64,000 nt of DNA. It comes from a virus. Lineage: Duplodnaviria; Caudoviricetes. This document shows, piece by piece, positions 1 through 8,317 of the stretch (positions are counted from its first letter, which is position 1; each line of letters starts with the position of its first letter). The position numbers were made by a program, and so were the translations under genes. Location of the stretch: positions 8,376-72,375 of the IMG/VR virus record IMGVR_UViG_3300011908_000001; one strand, given 5' to 3'. The notes beneath the pieces are model-generated. The model had not been told where the DNA came from. It was given only the letters and a program-made list of their open reading frames with translations, and searched no databases.

Positions 1-1
1 G

Positions 2-274
2 CAGAAGTATGGTAAGAGACCTACTACCAAGGGGTTCAACATTCAGCAAGCCAGAGCCTTTATCAAACGTGATTTAGATACTTATGGAACGGCGGTTCTA
101 AAGGAGTTCCTACGCCGTGCCGTGCGTGCTTACAAAGGTAACTTAGCCTACCCAACATTAAGCTATCCACAGGCTATGATGTTGTACAAAGACAAGCTGA
201 TGCAAGAGGCAATCGACTACACCTTAGTTACCAAAGTTGAATCAGAAACAGATTTAGAGGGGTTAGAATGGTAG
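2..274 (+). CDS. 3' end of hypothetical protein (truncated by window edge)
   Basis: Open frame from base 2 to TAG at 272-274 (QKYGKRPTTKGF...DLEGLEW). Confidence 0.6.
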   Translation, partial: QKYGKRPTTKGFNIQQARAFIKRDLDTYGTAVLKEFLRRAVRAYKGNLAYPTLSYPQAMMLYKDKLMQEAIDYTLVTKVESETDLEGLEW

Positions 275-467
275 TGAGTTTGAGGAGTGTTTTTTAATGA
301 TTCAATATGCCGTGTCAATAACCAATTGGAAAGGCAAGCAAGAGACTTTGTACATCTTTGCTGACAACCTTGAGCATGCAGAATCTATAGTCGAGGTTAT
401 GCAAGGTGTTGACCAGTGGCATGTAATAGAGCCAGTATAAAATTTGCAAAAAAGTCCCATCTAATGC

Positions 468-496
468 TTGACAAAATACCTTTACTATGGTATAGT
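468..496 (+). promoter_or_regulatory. sigmaA-type promoter with extended -10
   Basis: TTGACA-17 bp-TATAGT, TG at -15/-14. Confidence 0.8.
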
Positions 497-560
497 ATTA
501 AGAGTAGAGAGACAGGTAACACACATCTTTTTAACAACACTTTAACGGAGGTTTTTATTT

Positions 561-1430
561 ATGGCAAAAGGACTTGAAGCAATCAAAGCAGCACAGGCTG
601 GAGACGGTAAGAAAGGATCATCTATCCGCACTTACATTAAACGTGGCGAGAGCTTGTTGGTACGAATCCCAGAAACAGTTATTGACAATATCAACGTTAA
701 GCAAGTAGTATCAGTTTGGCAACCACGTATTTTACCAACGCTGGCTTACAAAGCTAATGGCATTACTGATAAACGTGATTTGTTTGATGAAGCTTTAAAG
801 ATTATGAAAGAAGATCATTTCAAAGCTATTGCCAACGGAGAGATTGCTAAGGGTTCTCCAGAGGACAAAGAGTCTTATCTAAACGCAATGCAATTACAGC
901 CTAAGCCTACTTACTTGTTTAGTGTAATTCCATTAGAAGACTTTACTCAAGGTAAGGTTACATTCCCTGCTGGAACACCTATCATTCTTGAAACAAACAA
1001 TGGTAAGAATGGTGCTAACATCAACGCATTGGTATCAACTTTACAAAACTTAGAACGCAAGTTTAACACTAAAGCATTCACTATTACAGCTACAGGTTCT
1101 AATACCTTCTCAATCACTCCAGAAGACTTAGATGATGACCGAGCGGTAAGCAAAGAAGCTTTGAAAGTTTTTGAAGCAACTAAATCTTTAGAAACTTTAC
1201 CAGAAGAACTTAAGGAGTTTTACACTCACGAATATGGTAAGTTAGCCGTTAAACAAGAATTGTTCGACAATGCTCTATTTGAAGCTAACGAAGAAAACCA
1301 ACTAGAAAAACTTACTGAGTTTGGTTTTGACGTAACTCGTTTAGAGGGCGTTGACAAAGCTCCAGAAGAAGCTGACTTAGGTGATGCTTTCGGAGATAAC
1401 GAAGTAGGAGATAATGAATTGCCATTCTAA
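561..1430 (+). CDS. putative single-stranded DNA-binding protein
   Basis: Acidic C-tail ending DNELPF, strong promoter and RBS, within the replication region. Confidence 0.55.
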   Translation: MAKGLEAIKAAQAGDGKKGSSIRTYIKRGESLLVRIPETVIDNINVKQVVSVWQPRILPTLAYKANGITDKRDLFDEALKIMKEDHFKAIANGEIAKGSPEDKESYLNAMQLQPKPTYLFSVIPLEDFTQGKVTFPAGTPIILETNNGKNGANINALVSTLQNLERKFNTKAFTITATGSNTFSITPEDLDDDRAVSKEALKVFEATKSLETLPEELKEFYTHEYGKLAVKQELFDNALFEANEENQLEKLTEFGFDVTRLEGVDKAPEEADLGDAFGDNEVGDNELPF

Positions 1431-1462
1431 CGAGTGGCTTTTCTCCCATTAGGAGGTAGCAC

Positions 1463-2855
1463 ATGAACGAAGAAAAACCATTAGAGCTTGAGAAAGCCTA
1501 TATTGTAATGAATCCAAAGCAGTGGCTAGACATCGGTAACGCATTGTTGGTAGCCGGTAACCAACTTGACTTCGCCCAAGAGGTTCATCAAGGAGACCCT
1601 ATTTTACGATCTAATCTAGCGGCTGAAATTCATTTAGCCATTAAGGTACTTAACAAGGTGCACGCTAGTTCCAAGGATTTCATGGATGACCACGATGTTT
1701 CTGCTAACGTCATGTTGGAGAGCATCCATGATCAATTAGTTGGACTAGCTAATGAGCTTTACCCACTGCTTAATGAAGAAGATAAGAATGAATTGGTAGA
1801 GGAAACTAAAGCCTTCTCCAAAAAACTGAACAGTAGTTTTGCTGAACAGGTATTCACCCGCCTCTCAGACGATGAAGAGGTGCTAGAAAAGTTCCCTAAC
1901 GAGGGTAGCTTGCGCACTATGGTGGATGATACTTATGACTCTCATTTAGATGGGATGGTTGACGAGGCGTTCGGGGAGGTTATCAAATGAGTTCTGAACC
2001 AATCCGCTCAACTGTAAGAATCTTCCGAGAATGCTTATATGACCAAAGTTTCAACCTAGAGTTCTTCCGTGAGGACTTAGGGGAGGAAATTGCAAAGCAA
2101 CCAATTTGGACTCCTATGTCTTTCCTCGCTGCTGTTGGAGAGTCTTTGCGAATACTATGTGGGGAAGCCATAGAAATCCTCTCAGCTGATCCTCCGGAAG
2201 AACCTATCGTACTTCAAGTAGAAATTGACTACCATATTGAAGGTCTATTATTAAAAGCACATACAGTATATGCTTCTTCAAGAATTGGAAAAGCCAGTAA
2301 AGAAGAAGAGTCCTCACGACTCTGCGATTTGGTTTTACCCCAGATTACAGAAGGACTTAAACCCATCATCGGAGGTAACTAAATGGATTACTCACGGTGG
2401 CACATAGGCGACAAGGCGTTCTACCAAGGACAAACTTGTGCCAACACAGTAACTTATGGCGAGGAGTACGAGGTAATCCGTTTAGTAGAAGGAAAGCCTC
2501 GGCACGCCTTTATAAAAGATGACTCAGGGAATGACAAACTTATTCAAATGAGTTCATTATTCGTTAAGACTGGAGGTAAATAACCATGAGCAAGTATACA
2601 TTAAGTATTGCACCCGACGACAAAACACCTATTGAGACAGGTTTCGCTGATTTTTATAAACTGCCAGAGATTTTAGAAGAGTTCATCAAAGGATTTACAG
2701 GTGGCGAAAGCCCCTACCACAAAGTATCTTTCATGTTAGAAGAAGTTGGCACTGGAAGGTCCCAACTAGTAGAAGCTTCTTATGAAGCATTGGAGAACAT
2801 CCCTACCATTGGTGGAGAGGTAGTTCGACAATTAGTTAAAGGATTTACAAATTAG
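1463..2855 (+). CDS. four hypothetical proteins (1463-1990, 1987-2382, 2383-2583, 2586-2855)
   Basis: Abutting ORFs with GGAGG-type RBS; no recognisable motifs. Confidence 0.7.
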
Positions 2856-2868
2856 TTTTAAATACCAC

Positions 2869-2897
2869 TTGACAAATATCCACTAATGTGGTAATAT
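2869..2897 (+). promoter_or_regulatory. sigmaA-type promoter heading the RNA locus
   Basis: TTGACA-17 bp-TAATAT with TG extension; no ORF downstream for about 760 bp. Confidence 0.75.
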
Positions 2898-3003
2898 AGT
2901 TTTATAAGGTACTACAAAGTGCTTTAAATATTAGCTCAATGTTATCTATGAATTATGTGACCAACAGGTTAGGGGGTGCGGAAACACCTCTTAACCACAT
3001 TAC

Positions 3004-3104
3004 AGGGGAGTGGCGTGAGGGCATGCGCACCTGAGAAACCAGGGTCAGGTAATAATCAGCTGATAAAACTGACATATCGTAGGTTCGAATCCTACCTCCA
3101 TCTA
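3004..3104 (+). tRNA. aberrant tRNA-like element (extra arm, weak acceptor stem)
   Basis: Perfect T-arm GTAGG-TTCGAAT-CCTAC; D-like hairpin GCGT/ATGC; two central hairpins; only about 5 bp of acceptor pairing. Confidence 0.45.
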
Positions 3105-3204
3105 TACTTCCGTTAAGGAAGCTTTTGTAAAATCACCCCCCCCATGACTTCACAAAAAATAATCAAATATTTTTTCGAGATAAATGGTAGTAAATATATT
3201 AAAT

Positions 3205-3612
3205 AAATCAGGGAGACTCTTTAAACCGTAACGGACATTTCGGTTTAAACTTCTCCTTACATAATTCCTAGCGAAACGGGTGGAAGAGGCGTATTCCCGT
3301 TTAGTTGATCTTAGATTTACTAGGACTTCAAGTTCGCAAGAAACTTAGGCAGACGTGTCCATCCTCTAAGTACAGGTCAGAGAGGTTTCCTCCTTATAGT
3401 TTTTCACATAGCACCGATTGCCCTTTAAAGGGGCTGACCTAAGCATTATCACCTGAATGCGTTCATAGTGGTAGCAACGTCGTTAAACTGCTCGGCTCTT
3501 CGGAGCCTACATAATTGTGAGTGACCTGAATGGCTTTAGGTAAGGTCTCTGAAACGGTAGTATGAGCCACATACTTGACCCGAAGAGAGTGTTGACCACT
3601 TGGCTCTCTTAC
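3205..3612 (+). ncRNA. 5' domain of a large structured non-coding RNA
   Basis: Dense stems: TTTAAACCG/CGGTTTAAA, TCCTAG/CTAGGA, AAACGGG/CCCGTTT, AGGTCAG/CTGACCT, GGCTC-TTCG-GAGCC, AAGAGAG/CTCTCTT; GCAA tetraloop; no ORF in the track. Confidence 0.65.
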
Positions 3613-3619
3613 TTTAGAT

Positions 3620-4162
3620 AGGTTGTTAGTGTAGTAGGTAACATAGGCAGGAGGTTAGTTTTGAAAGAGTTTATGTATGGTTATTTAGTTAATGAAGACG
3701 GGGAGGTTTTCTCCACTAAGTATGGTAAGTTAAGAAAGTTAAAGGGCAGGAAAAATCAAAAAGGGTACCTTATGTATGTTTTGAGTTTCGAAGGTAAAAC
3801 CCAAGACTTTTCAGCTCACCACTTATCGTACTATGTAAATATTAGTCATTTCGACACCTCAGATGGTCTTCAAATAGATCACATAGATGGTAACAAGTTG
3901 AATAATAATTATTTAAATCTTAGGAGAGTAACACCTAAAGAGAATTACAATAACCCATCTACTAAGCCTGATAGTCGAGGAAATAAAAGTCCTAGATACT
4001 TAGAAATAGACATGGATGAATTAAAGGATCTTTTTATTTCAGGAGAGTCTATAAGGAGTATTTCGAAGCATTTCAAATGCTCAAGGCAAGTGGTAAATAG
4101 TAGACTTTCGAAGCTAAACCTATAAAAAAACGCCGACAGGGGTTCGAATCCTCTACGACCTG
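3620..4162 (+). ncRNA. tRNA-shaped RNA whose anticodon loop is replaced by an HNH ORF
   Basis: Acceptor AGGTTGT(3620-26)/ACGACCT(4155-61); D-arm GTGT-AGTAGGTA-ACAT; GGC/GCC; T-arm AGGGG-TTCGAAT-CCTCT. Confidence 0.75.
3661..4125 (+). CDS. HNH homing endonuclease
   Basis: IDHIDGNKLNNNYLNL HNH motif, C-terminal HTH-like segment, AGGAGG RBS plus TTG start. Confidence 0.85.
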   Translation: MKEFMYGYLVNEDGEVFSTKYGKLRKLKGRKNQKGYLMYVLSFEGKTQDFSAHHLSYYVNISHFDTSDGLQIDHIDGNKLNNNYLNLRRVTPKENYNNPSTKPDSRGNKSPRYLEIDMDELKDLFISGESIRSISKHFKCSRQVVNSRLSKLNL

Positions 4163-4169
4163 TATAAGT

Positions 4170-4350
4170 TTTCGGCTACCGAGTGGTCGAGGCTTAGAGG
4201 GAGGGCGGTCTCCCTTAAATGAACAGCGCACGTAGGCTTCCATGTCGAAGCCCTTTGAACTCCCTGATAAAACGAGAGGTGCCTACCAGATCGTATGCGC
4301 ACAGGGAGGATTAGTACGAGACTTTGGGCTCGCAGTCAGATAAGACAGAA
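4170..4350 (+). ncRNA. 3' domain of the structured RNA, with a candidate pseudoknot
   Basis: GCGCA/TGCGC and GTAGGC/GCCTAC stems; CTCCCTG(4260-66) inside the loop can pair with CAGGGAG(4302-08); 4192-4201 can pair with 3362-3371. Confidence 0.55.
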
Positions 4351-4360
4351 AAATCAGCTG

Positions 4361-4426
4361 TAGGATTTGTAGTAGGTGCAGTCAGGTAAAGGCGCCTGAT
4401 GGGGAGTTCGAATCTTCTCAGTCCTA
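4361..4426 (+). tRNA. compact tRNA-like cloverleaf with a non-canonical 8-nt anticodon loop
   Basis: TAGGATT/AGTCCTA, TGTA/TGCA, GTCAGG-TAAAGGCG-CCTGAT, GGGGAG-TTCGAAT-CTTCTC. Confidence 0.55.
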
Positions 4427-4435
4427 TTTTAATTA

Positions 4436-4509
4436 GTGGTAGTACCGAAGCGGTTTAACGGCTCGGATTGCAAACCCGATGTTCAGGGGTTCGAATCCCC
4501 TCTACCACT
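4436..4509 (+). tRNA. tRNA-Cys(GCA), CCA not encoded
   Basis: Acceptor GTGGTAG/CTACCAC, loop TT-GCA-AA, T-arm AGGGG-TTCGAAT-CCCCT; A:C mismatch at the base of the anticodon stem. Confidence 0.92.
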
Positions 4510-4570
4510 TAGGGCACACGCCCTTTCCATATGAGGTTTAAATTCCTCTTTCATATTTTTCCTCCCCTTT

Positions 4571-4606
4571 TACCCATTACATCGGAAAGTGTAGTGGGGT
4601 TTTTTA
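4571..4606 (+). terminator. intrinsic terminator ending the RNA locus
   Basis: CCCATTAC/GTAGTGGG stem followed by a T-run. Confidence 0.75.
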
Positions 4607-4634
4607 TTTTATTGTTGACAAAGTAACGGGAGGC

Positions 4635-4877
4635 ATGGTATACTCATCTTATAAATCATTAGGAGGAGATAGTATGGTTCTAGTAAGTGCGCTTGATACC
4701 AGCGATGGCACATATAAGGATGCACACATTAACGCATTCCAAGTAATCTTTAGCAAGGAAATAGGCGGAGGATACTTCTGGGTTGACTGCGTAGGGGGTC
4801 AAAGAATCCGCTGTGTAGGAAGTTACAAGGTTTTCATATCTCGCATGAATGTAGTTTTAAAAGGTGGTAGCAAGTAG
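4635..4877 (+). CDS. hypothetical protein
   Basis: ORF after promoter 4615-4644; true start probably MVLVS. Confidence 0.6.
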   Translation: MVYSSYKSLGGDSMVLVSALDTSDGTYKDAHINAFQVIFSKEIGGGYFWVDCVGGQRIRCVGSYKVFISRMNVVLKGGSK

Positions 4878-5840
4878 ATGATAGAGAATATTAACATAGG
4901 CAGAGACATTGTCATTCAGATTGACATTGCGGAATACCTTGAGCGTTTTGAATGGGAGCAAGCACGATGGCGTGATGATCGTCTAGTAGCCCGTTCACCA
5001 TTCCGTGATGACAACTCTCCATCATTCTTTGTTAACTTTAACAATGAGTGGTCAGGAAGTTGGGGTGATAGTGGTACTGGTCAGACAGGTAATTTAGTAT
5101 CTCTTACAGCAGAGCTTTTTGGAATAACCTATGAAGAGGCGTGGGAACAGCTTCGTGACGAGTATTTTGTTAAGCCCTATGAAGTGCCAGACATTTCCAT
5201 CCAGTTGAAGCAACCTCAAGTACCTACTACCTTCGATTTACCTAAGTGGTGTCCTTCGCCTTACTTAGGAGGTCGTGGTATCAGCGAGGTAACTCAGCTT
5301 GATTATATGGTGAATGAAGCAGATGGTCAAATAAACCTTCCATACATCGACGGAAGTGGCTTGGTACGGGCGTTGAAACACCGTAGTGTAGAGGCTAAAG
5401 ACTTCTGGTATCAGGCTGGTACACACTCTATTAATGACCTACTGTTCGGTTACCATTTAGTATACGAGAAGAAGCCTACCACAATCTTTATTTGTGAGGC
5501 GGAGATAGATGCTATGAGTGCCTATGAGATGGGATACGTTGGAGTTTCTACAGGTTCAGCCCACATGTCAGACAAGCAAGTTGAACTGCTTATTAAAACG
5601 GGCGTTACCAACGTGGTAATTGCAATGGATAATGACATGGCGGGTAATAAGGCTTCTGAGACTATCTTAAATAAGCTTTCCGAAAAGGACACATTTGATA
5701 TCTACCGTGTAATCCTTCCAGAAGGCGGAGACCTTAATGACCTATTGCAAAAGATTAAAGGAACACCTAAAAGAGTTAAGATGAAAGAGTTGACAAAGGC
5801 GGGTAACCTTCACAAAAAGATTTGGTTTAGAGGTATTTAA
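4878..5840 (+). CDS. dnaG: DNA primase (TOPRIM)
   Basis: IFICEAEIDAMS and IAMDND TOPRIM motifs; N-terminal zinc-finger-like segment SPFR..D..PSF. Confidence 0.88.
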   Translation: MIENINIGRDIVIQIDIAEYLERFEWEQARWRDDRLVARSPFRDDNSPSFFVNFNNEWSGSWGDSGTGQTGNLVSLTAELFGITYEEAWEQLRDEYFVKPYEVPDISIQLKQPQVPTTFDLPKWCPSPYLGGRGISEVTQLDYMVNEADGQINLPYIDGSGLVRALKHRSVEAKDFWYQAGTHSINDLLFGYHLVYEKKPTTIFICEAEIDAMSAYEMGYVGVSTGSAHMSDKQVELLIKTGVTNVVIAMDNDMAGNKASETILNKLSEKDTFDIYRVILPEGGDLNDLLQKIKGTPKRVKMKELTKAGNLHKKIWFRGI

Positions 5841-5904
5841 TTGTTGACAATAAACCTTTTTCATGCTATACTATTAAGGTATTATATTAAAGGAGGAAAT
5901 ATCT

Positions 5905-6186
5905 ATGTTTAAGAGTTCGGTAAAGAGCATTGCTGGTGCTACGTGGAAAACAGTTATTGAGATTGCCTTGGTACTAACTATCATCAACCTTGTACAGGAG
6001 TATGGATTCGCATTAAGCATCGCCTACTTAGCGCTTGTTGTAGTGGCTGCTTTCTTAACCCTAGTATTGTTTTCATGGTACAATTACCATAAGCTTGTAA
6101 AACAGTTTTCTGATGAACTTCATGTAAGTAAGGAAAAGGCTAAAGAAGTAATCAACAATACCTTTGCGAAAGGTGTGGGAAAATAA
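5905..6186 (+). CDS. membrane protein
   Basis: Two hydrophobic segments; own promoter TTGACA(5844)-17-TATACT. Confidence 0.7.
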   Translation: MFKSSVKSIAGATWKTVIEIALVLTIINLVQEYGFALSIAYLALVVVAAFLTLVLFSWYNYHKLVKQFSDELHVSKEKAKEVINNTFAKGVGK

Positions 6187-7175
6187 TGGCATACTTTAAA
6201 TATCCATCATTAACTAACCACTATGCAATCAACAAGTCACGTCAGATATCAGAGGCTCTTGAGACACTCTGCTATTCAACAGAGAAGATTCATGGAAGCA
6301 ACGTCCAATTTGCTTTTGAAAGAGATGAGCCAATCACTAAATTCAAAGCTTATTCACGTGGAGGTACCCTTATTTCTGGCACAGATTCAGAAGGTAATGT
6401 AGTGCAAGATAAACAATTCCCTCTAGTAGCAGATATGGCAGTAGCCTATAATTTACCAGAGGTGGCAGCAGATATCTTTGCTGACTACCACTCAATTGAC
6501 AAGATTAACATCTATGGGGAGTACTTTGGTAGCGGCGTTCAGAAGACCAACTACACCCTCTCAGAACTAGGTGAGAAAGATTTCCAAGTTTTCGATATCC
6601 TGTATAGCTTCAAAGGTGAAGATGAGGATACTCGCCACTCTATGGGTCTAGCTGAGCTGCTTCATTATGTAGGCGCAGAGAAGATGGCTACTATTGAAAG
6701 ATTTGGCTCTTTGAAAGACTTAATCGCCACTGATATCCCCACTGATTCAACCTATGGAGGTCAACGTGAGGGTAATGTCTATAAGAGCGTTAACGGAATG
6801 GCTATCTCACCTAACATTAAATACTTGGGTATCAAGCACAAGCGACCTGAGTTTTCAGAGGTAGCCTCAAAACCTAAGCAACCTAAGCAACCTGTCAAAC
6901 ATTCAGATGAACTACTCGAACTAGCTTCCAGTGTAGAAGACTATGTAACGATTAATCGCATGCGCAATGTACATTCACACGGAGATATCCCGTTCACCTA
7001 CAATAACATTGGAAAGATTATGTACTTGTTTAAACAGGATATTATTAAGGAGTTTACAGAAGATAACTCAGAAGTCAATATTAAAGAGTTAGAGAAAGCA
7101 CTTAAGATGAGTGATCGTCAAATTGCAATGCTTGCAAAAGATGTAATCAATGAATTAGGAGAGGTGGAAGATTAA
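6186..7175 (+). CDS. RNA ligase, Rnl2-like
   Basis: Nucleotidyltransferase motifs EKIHGSN (I), IYGEYFG (III), FQVFDI (IIIa), EGNV (IV), IKHK (V). Confidence 0.8.
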   Translation: MAYFKYPSLTNHYAINKSRQISEALETLCYSTEKIHGSNVQFAFERDEPITKFKAYSRGGTLISGTDSEGNVVQDKQFPLVADMAVAYNLPEVAADIFADYHSIDKINIYGEYFGSGVQKTNYTLSELGEKDFQVFDILYSFKGEDEDTRHSMGLAELLHYVGAEKMATIERFGSLKDLIATDIPTDSTYGGQREGNVYKSVNGMAISPNIKYLGIKHKRPEFSEVASKPKQPKQPVKHSDELLELASSVEDYVTINRMRNVHSHGDIPFTYNNIGKIMYLFKQDIIKEFTEDNSEVNIKELEKALKMSDRQIAMLAKDVINELGEVED

Positions 7176-7456
7176 TGGTTAAGAAAATTTTATTATCTAT
7201 TGGGGCTTTTGGATTAGTTGTTGCATTAGGAGGATGTGCATCTTTAGAACGTTTTGGTAAGAGCATGGGAAGTGATTTAGGTGGAGGCTTGTACCGTTCA
7301 GTAAAAGTTGTAACACAGACTGGTGAAGTAATCTTTGAGGACGAAGGAAAGTTTGATATTGAAGTCAACGATTACCGCTTGAAATACATTGACGAAAACG
7401 GCAAGTTGCGGATCGTTTACATCGGGGGTTCAACAGCCATCTTAGATGAGAAGTAA
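7175..7456 (+). CDS. small lipoprotein
   Basis: Signal peptide with LGGC lipobox. Confidence 0.7.
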   Translation: MVKKILLSIGAFGLVVALGGCASLERFGKSMGSDLGGGLYRSVKVVTQTGEVIFEDEGKFDIEVNDYRLKYIDENGKLRIVYIGGSTAILDEK

Positions 7457-7467
7457 GGAGGTTCACC

Positions 7468-7629
7468 ATGGAACAAGATAACGTAGAGATTACTTATGAT
7501 GAGTACATGACTTTAAAGCGTAGGGATGATTTCCTGACAGCCTTAGAAATGGCTGGTGTTGATAACTGGCAGGGTATTGAAGATGCCTATGATATATATG
7601 AAGAGATGATTTTAGATAAGGGGGTATAG
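7468..7629 (+). CDS. small phage protein with GVDNW motif (below ORF-track cutoff)
   Basis: AGGAGG RBS; MEQDNVEITY...LEMAGVDNWQGIEDAY..., 53 aa. Confidence 0.7.
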   Translation: MEQDNVEITYDEYMTLKRRDDFLTALEMAGVDNWQGIEDAYDIYEEMILDKGV

Positions 7630-7631
7630 TC

Positions 7632-7772
7632 GTGGAAGAAGAAATTATTAACGAGGAAGAGAAACAAGAATGCCCTTGTGAAGACTGTGGAGCATGCCAC
7701 ATTGATGGTTGGGAAGCCATGGCGTGCTGGAGCTTTATCAACGACCCTGATTATGACCCGTGGGAAATTTAA
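7632..7772 (+). CDS. 46-aa acidic Cys-rich microprotein (below ORF-track cutoff)
   Basis: GTG start; MEEEIINEEEKQECPCEDCGACHIDGWEAMACWSFINDPDYDPWEI. Confidence 0.6.
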   Translation: MEEEIINEEEKQECPCEDCGACHIDGWEAMACWSFINDPDYDPWEI

Positions 7773-7787
7773 AAGGAGGAATTTAAA

Positions 7788-8234
7788 TTGACAATTCACG
7801 CTGTTTTGTACTCGCAACCAAACTGTATTAAGTGTAAGATGACTTCCGATCGTTTACAAAAGGTCATGAGAGTTAAGCACGAACACCTTTTCGACGGGGG
7901 CAATGACGAGTGGTCTAACAAGAAGATTGACAAGTTCCGTGACCAAGGTTACAAGTCATTCCCAATAGTTCGTATTTACGACGACGAGACAGGTGCTAGA
8001 TTGGACGAATGGTGTGACTTCCAAGTAGGTCTTATCCAAAAGTATTCTGAGATGGCTAAGGAAAAGGAAGTAAGCACAGACACCCGCAAAGAATACCTAG
8101 TTACTTTATCAGTTAGCAAAACTGTAAATATCCTCTCAGAGTCAGATGACCCAGAAGATATTCGTAAGTCTGCTTTACAGAATATGAAAGGTGATGGTCT
8201 GAGCTGGAAAGTACAGGCTATCCAAACTAAGTAA
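7788..8234 (+). CDS. nrdH: glutaredoxin/NrdH-like protein with C-terminal extension
   Basis: LYSQPNCIKC CxxC motif, GYKSFPIV. Confidence 0.75.
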   Translation: MTIHAVLYSQPNCIKCKMTSDRLQKVMRVKHEHLFDGGNDEWSNKKIDKFRDQGYKSFPIVRIYDDETGARLDEWCDFQVGLIQKYSEMAKEKEVSTDTRKEYLVTLSVSKTVNILSESDDPEDIRKSALQNMKGDGLSWKVQAIQTK

Positions 8235-8317
8235 ATAAACTTTTAAGGAGAGCTTGACAAGGCTCTCTTTTTGTGCTATAGTAGTAAAGTAGATTAAAGG
8301 AGACAGGGGATGGCTTA

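Noticed and set aside
3646-4134. Group I intron inside a tRNA anticodon loop
   Set aside because: Only about 12 nt and 6 nt separate the ORF from the tRNA halves; no P3/P4/P7 elements like those in the polA intron.
3430-4162. tmRNA (GGGGCTGA at 3430; GAC before the T-arm at 4135)
   Set aside because: GGGGCTG does not pair with the 3' acceptor strand, there is no G3.U70 pair or CCA, and a true D-stem is present.
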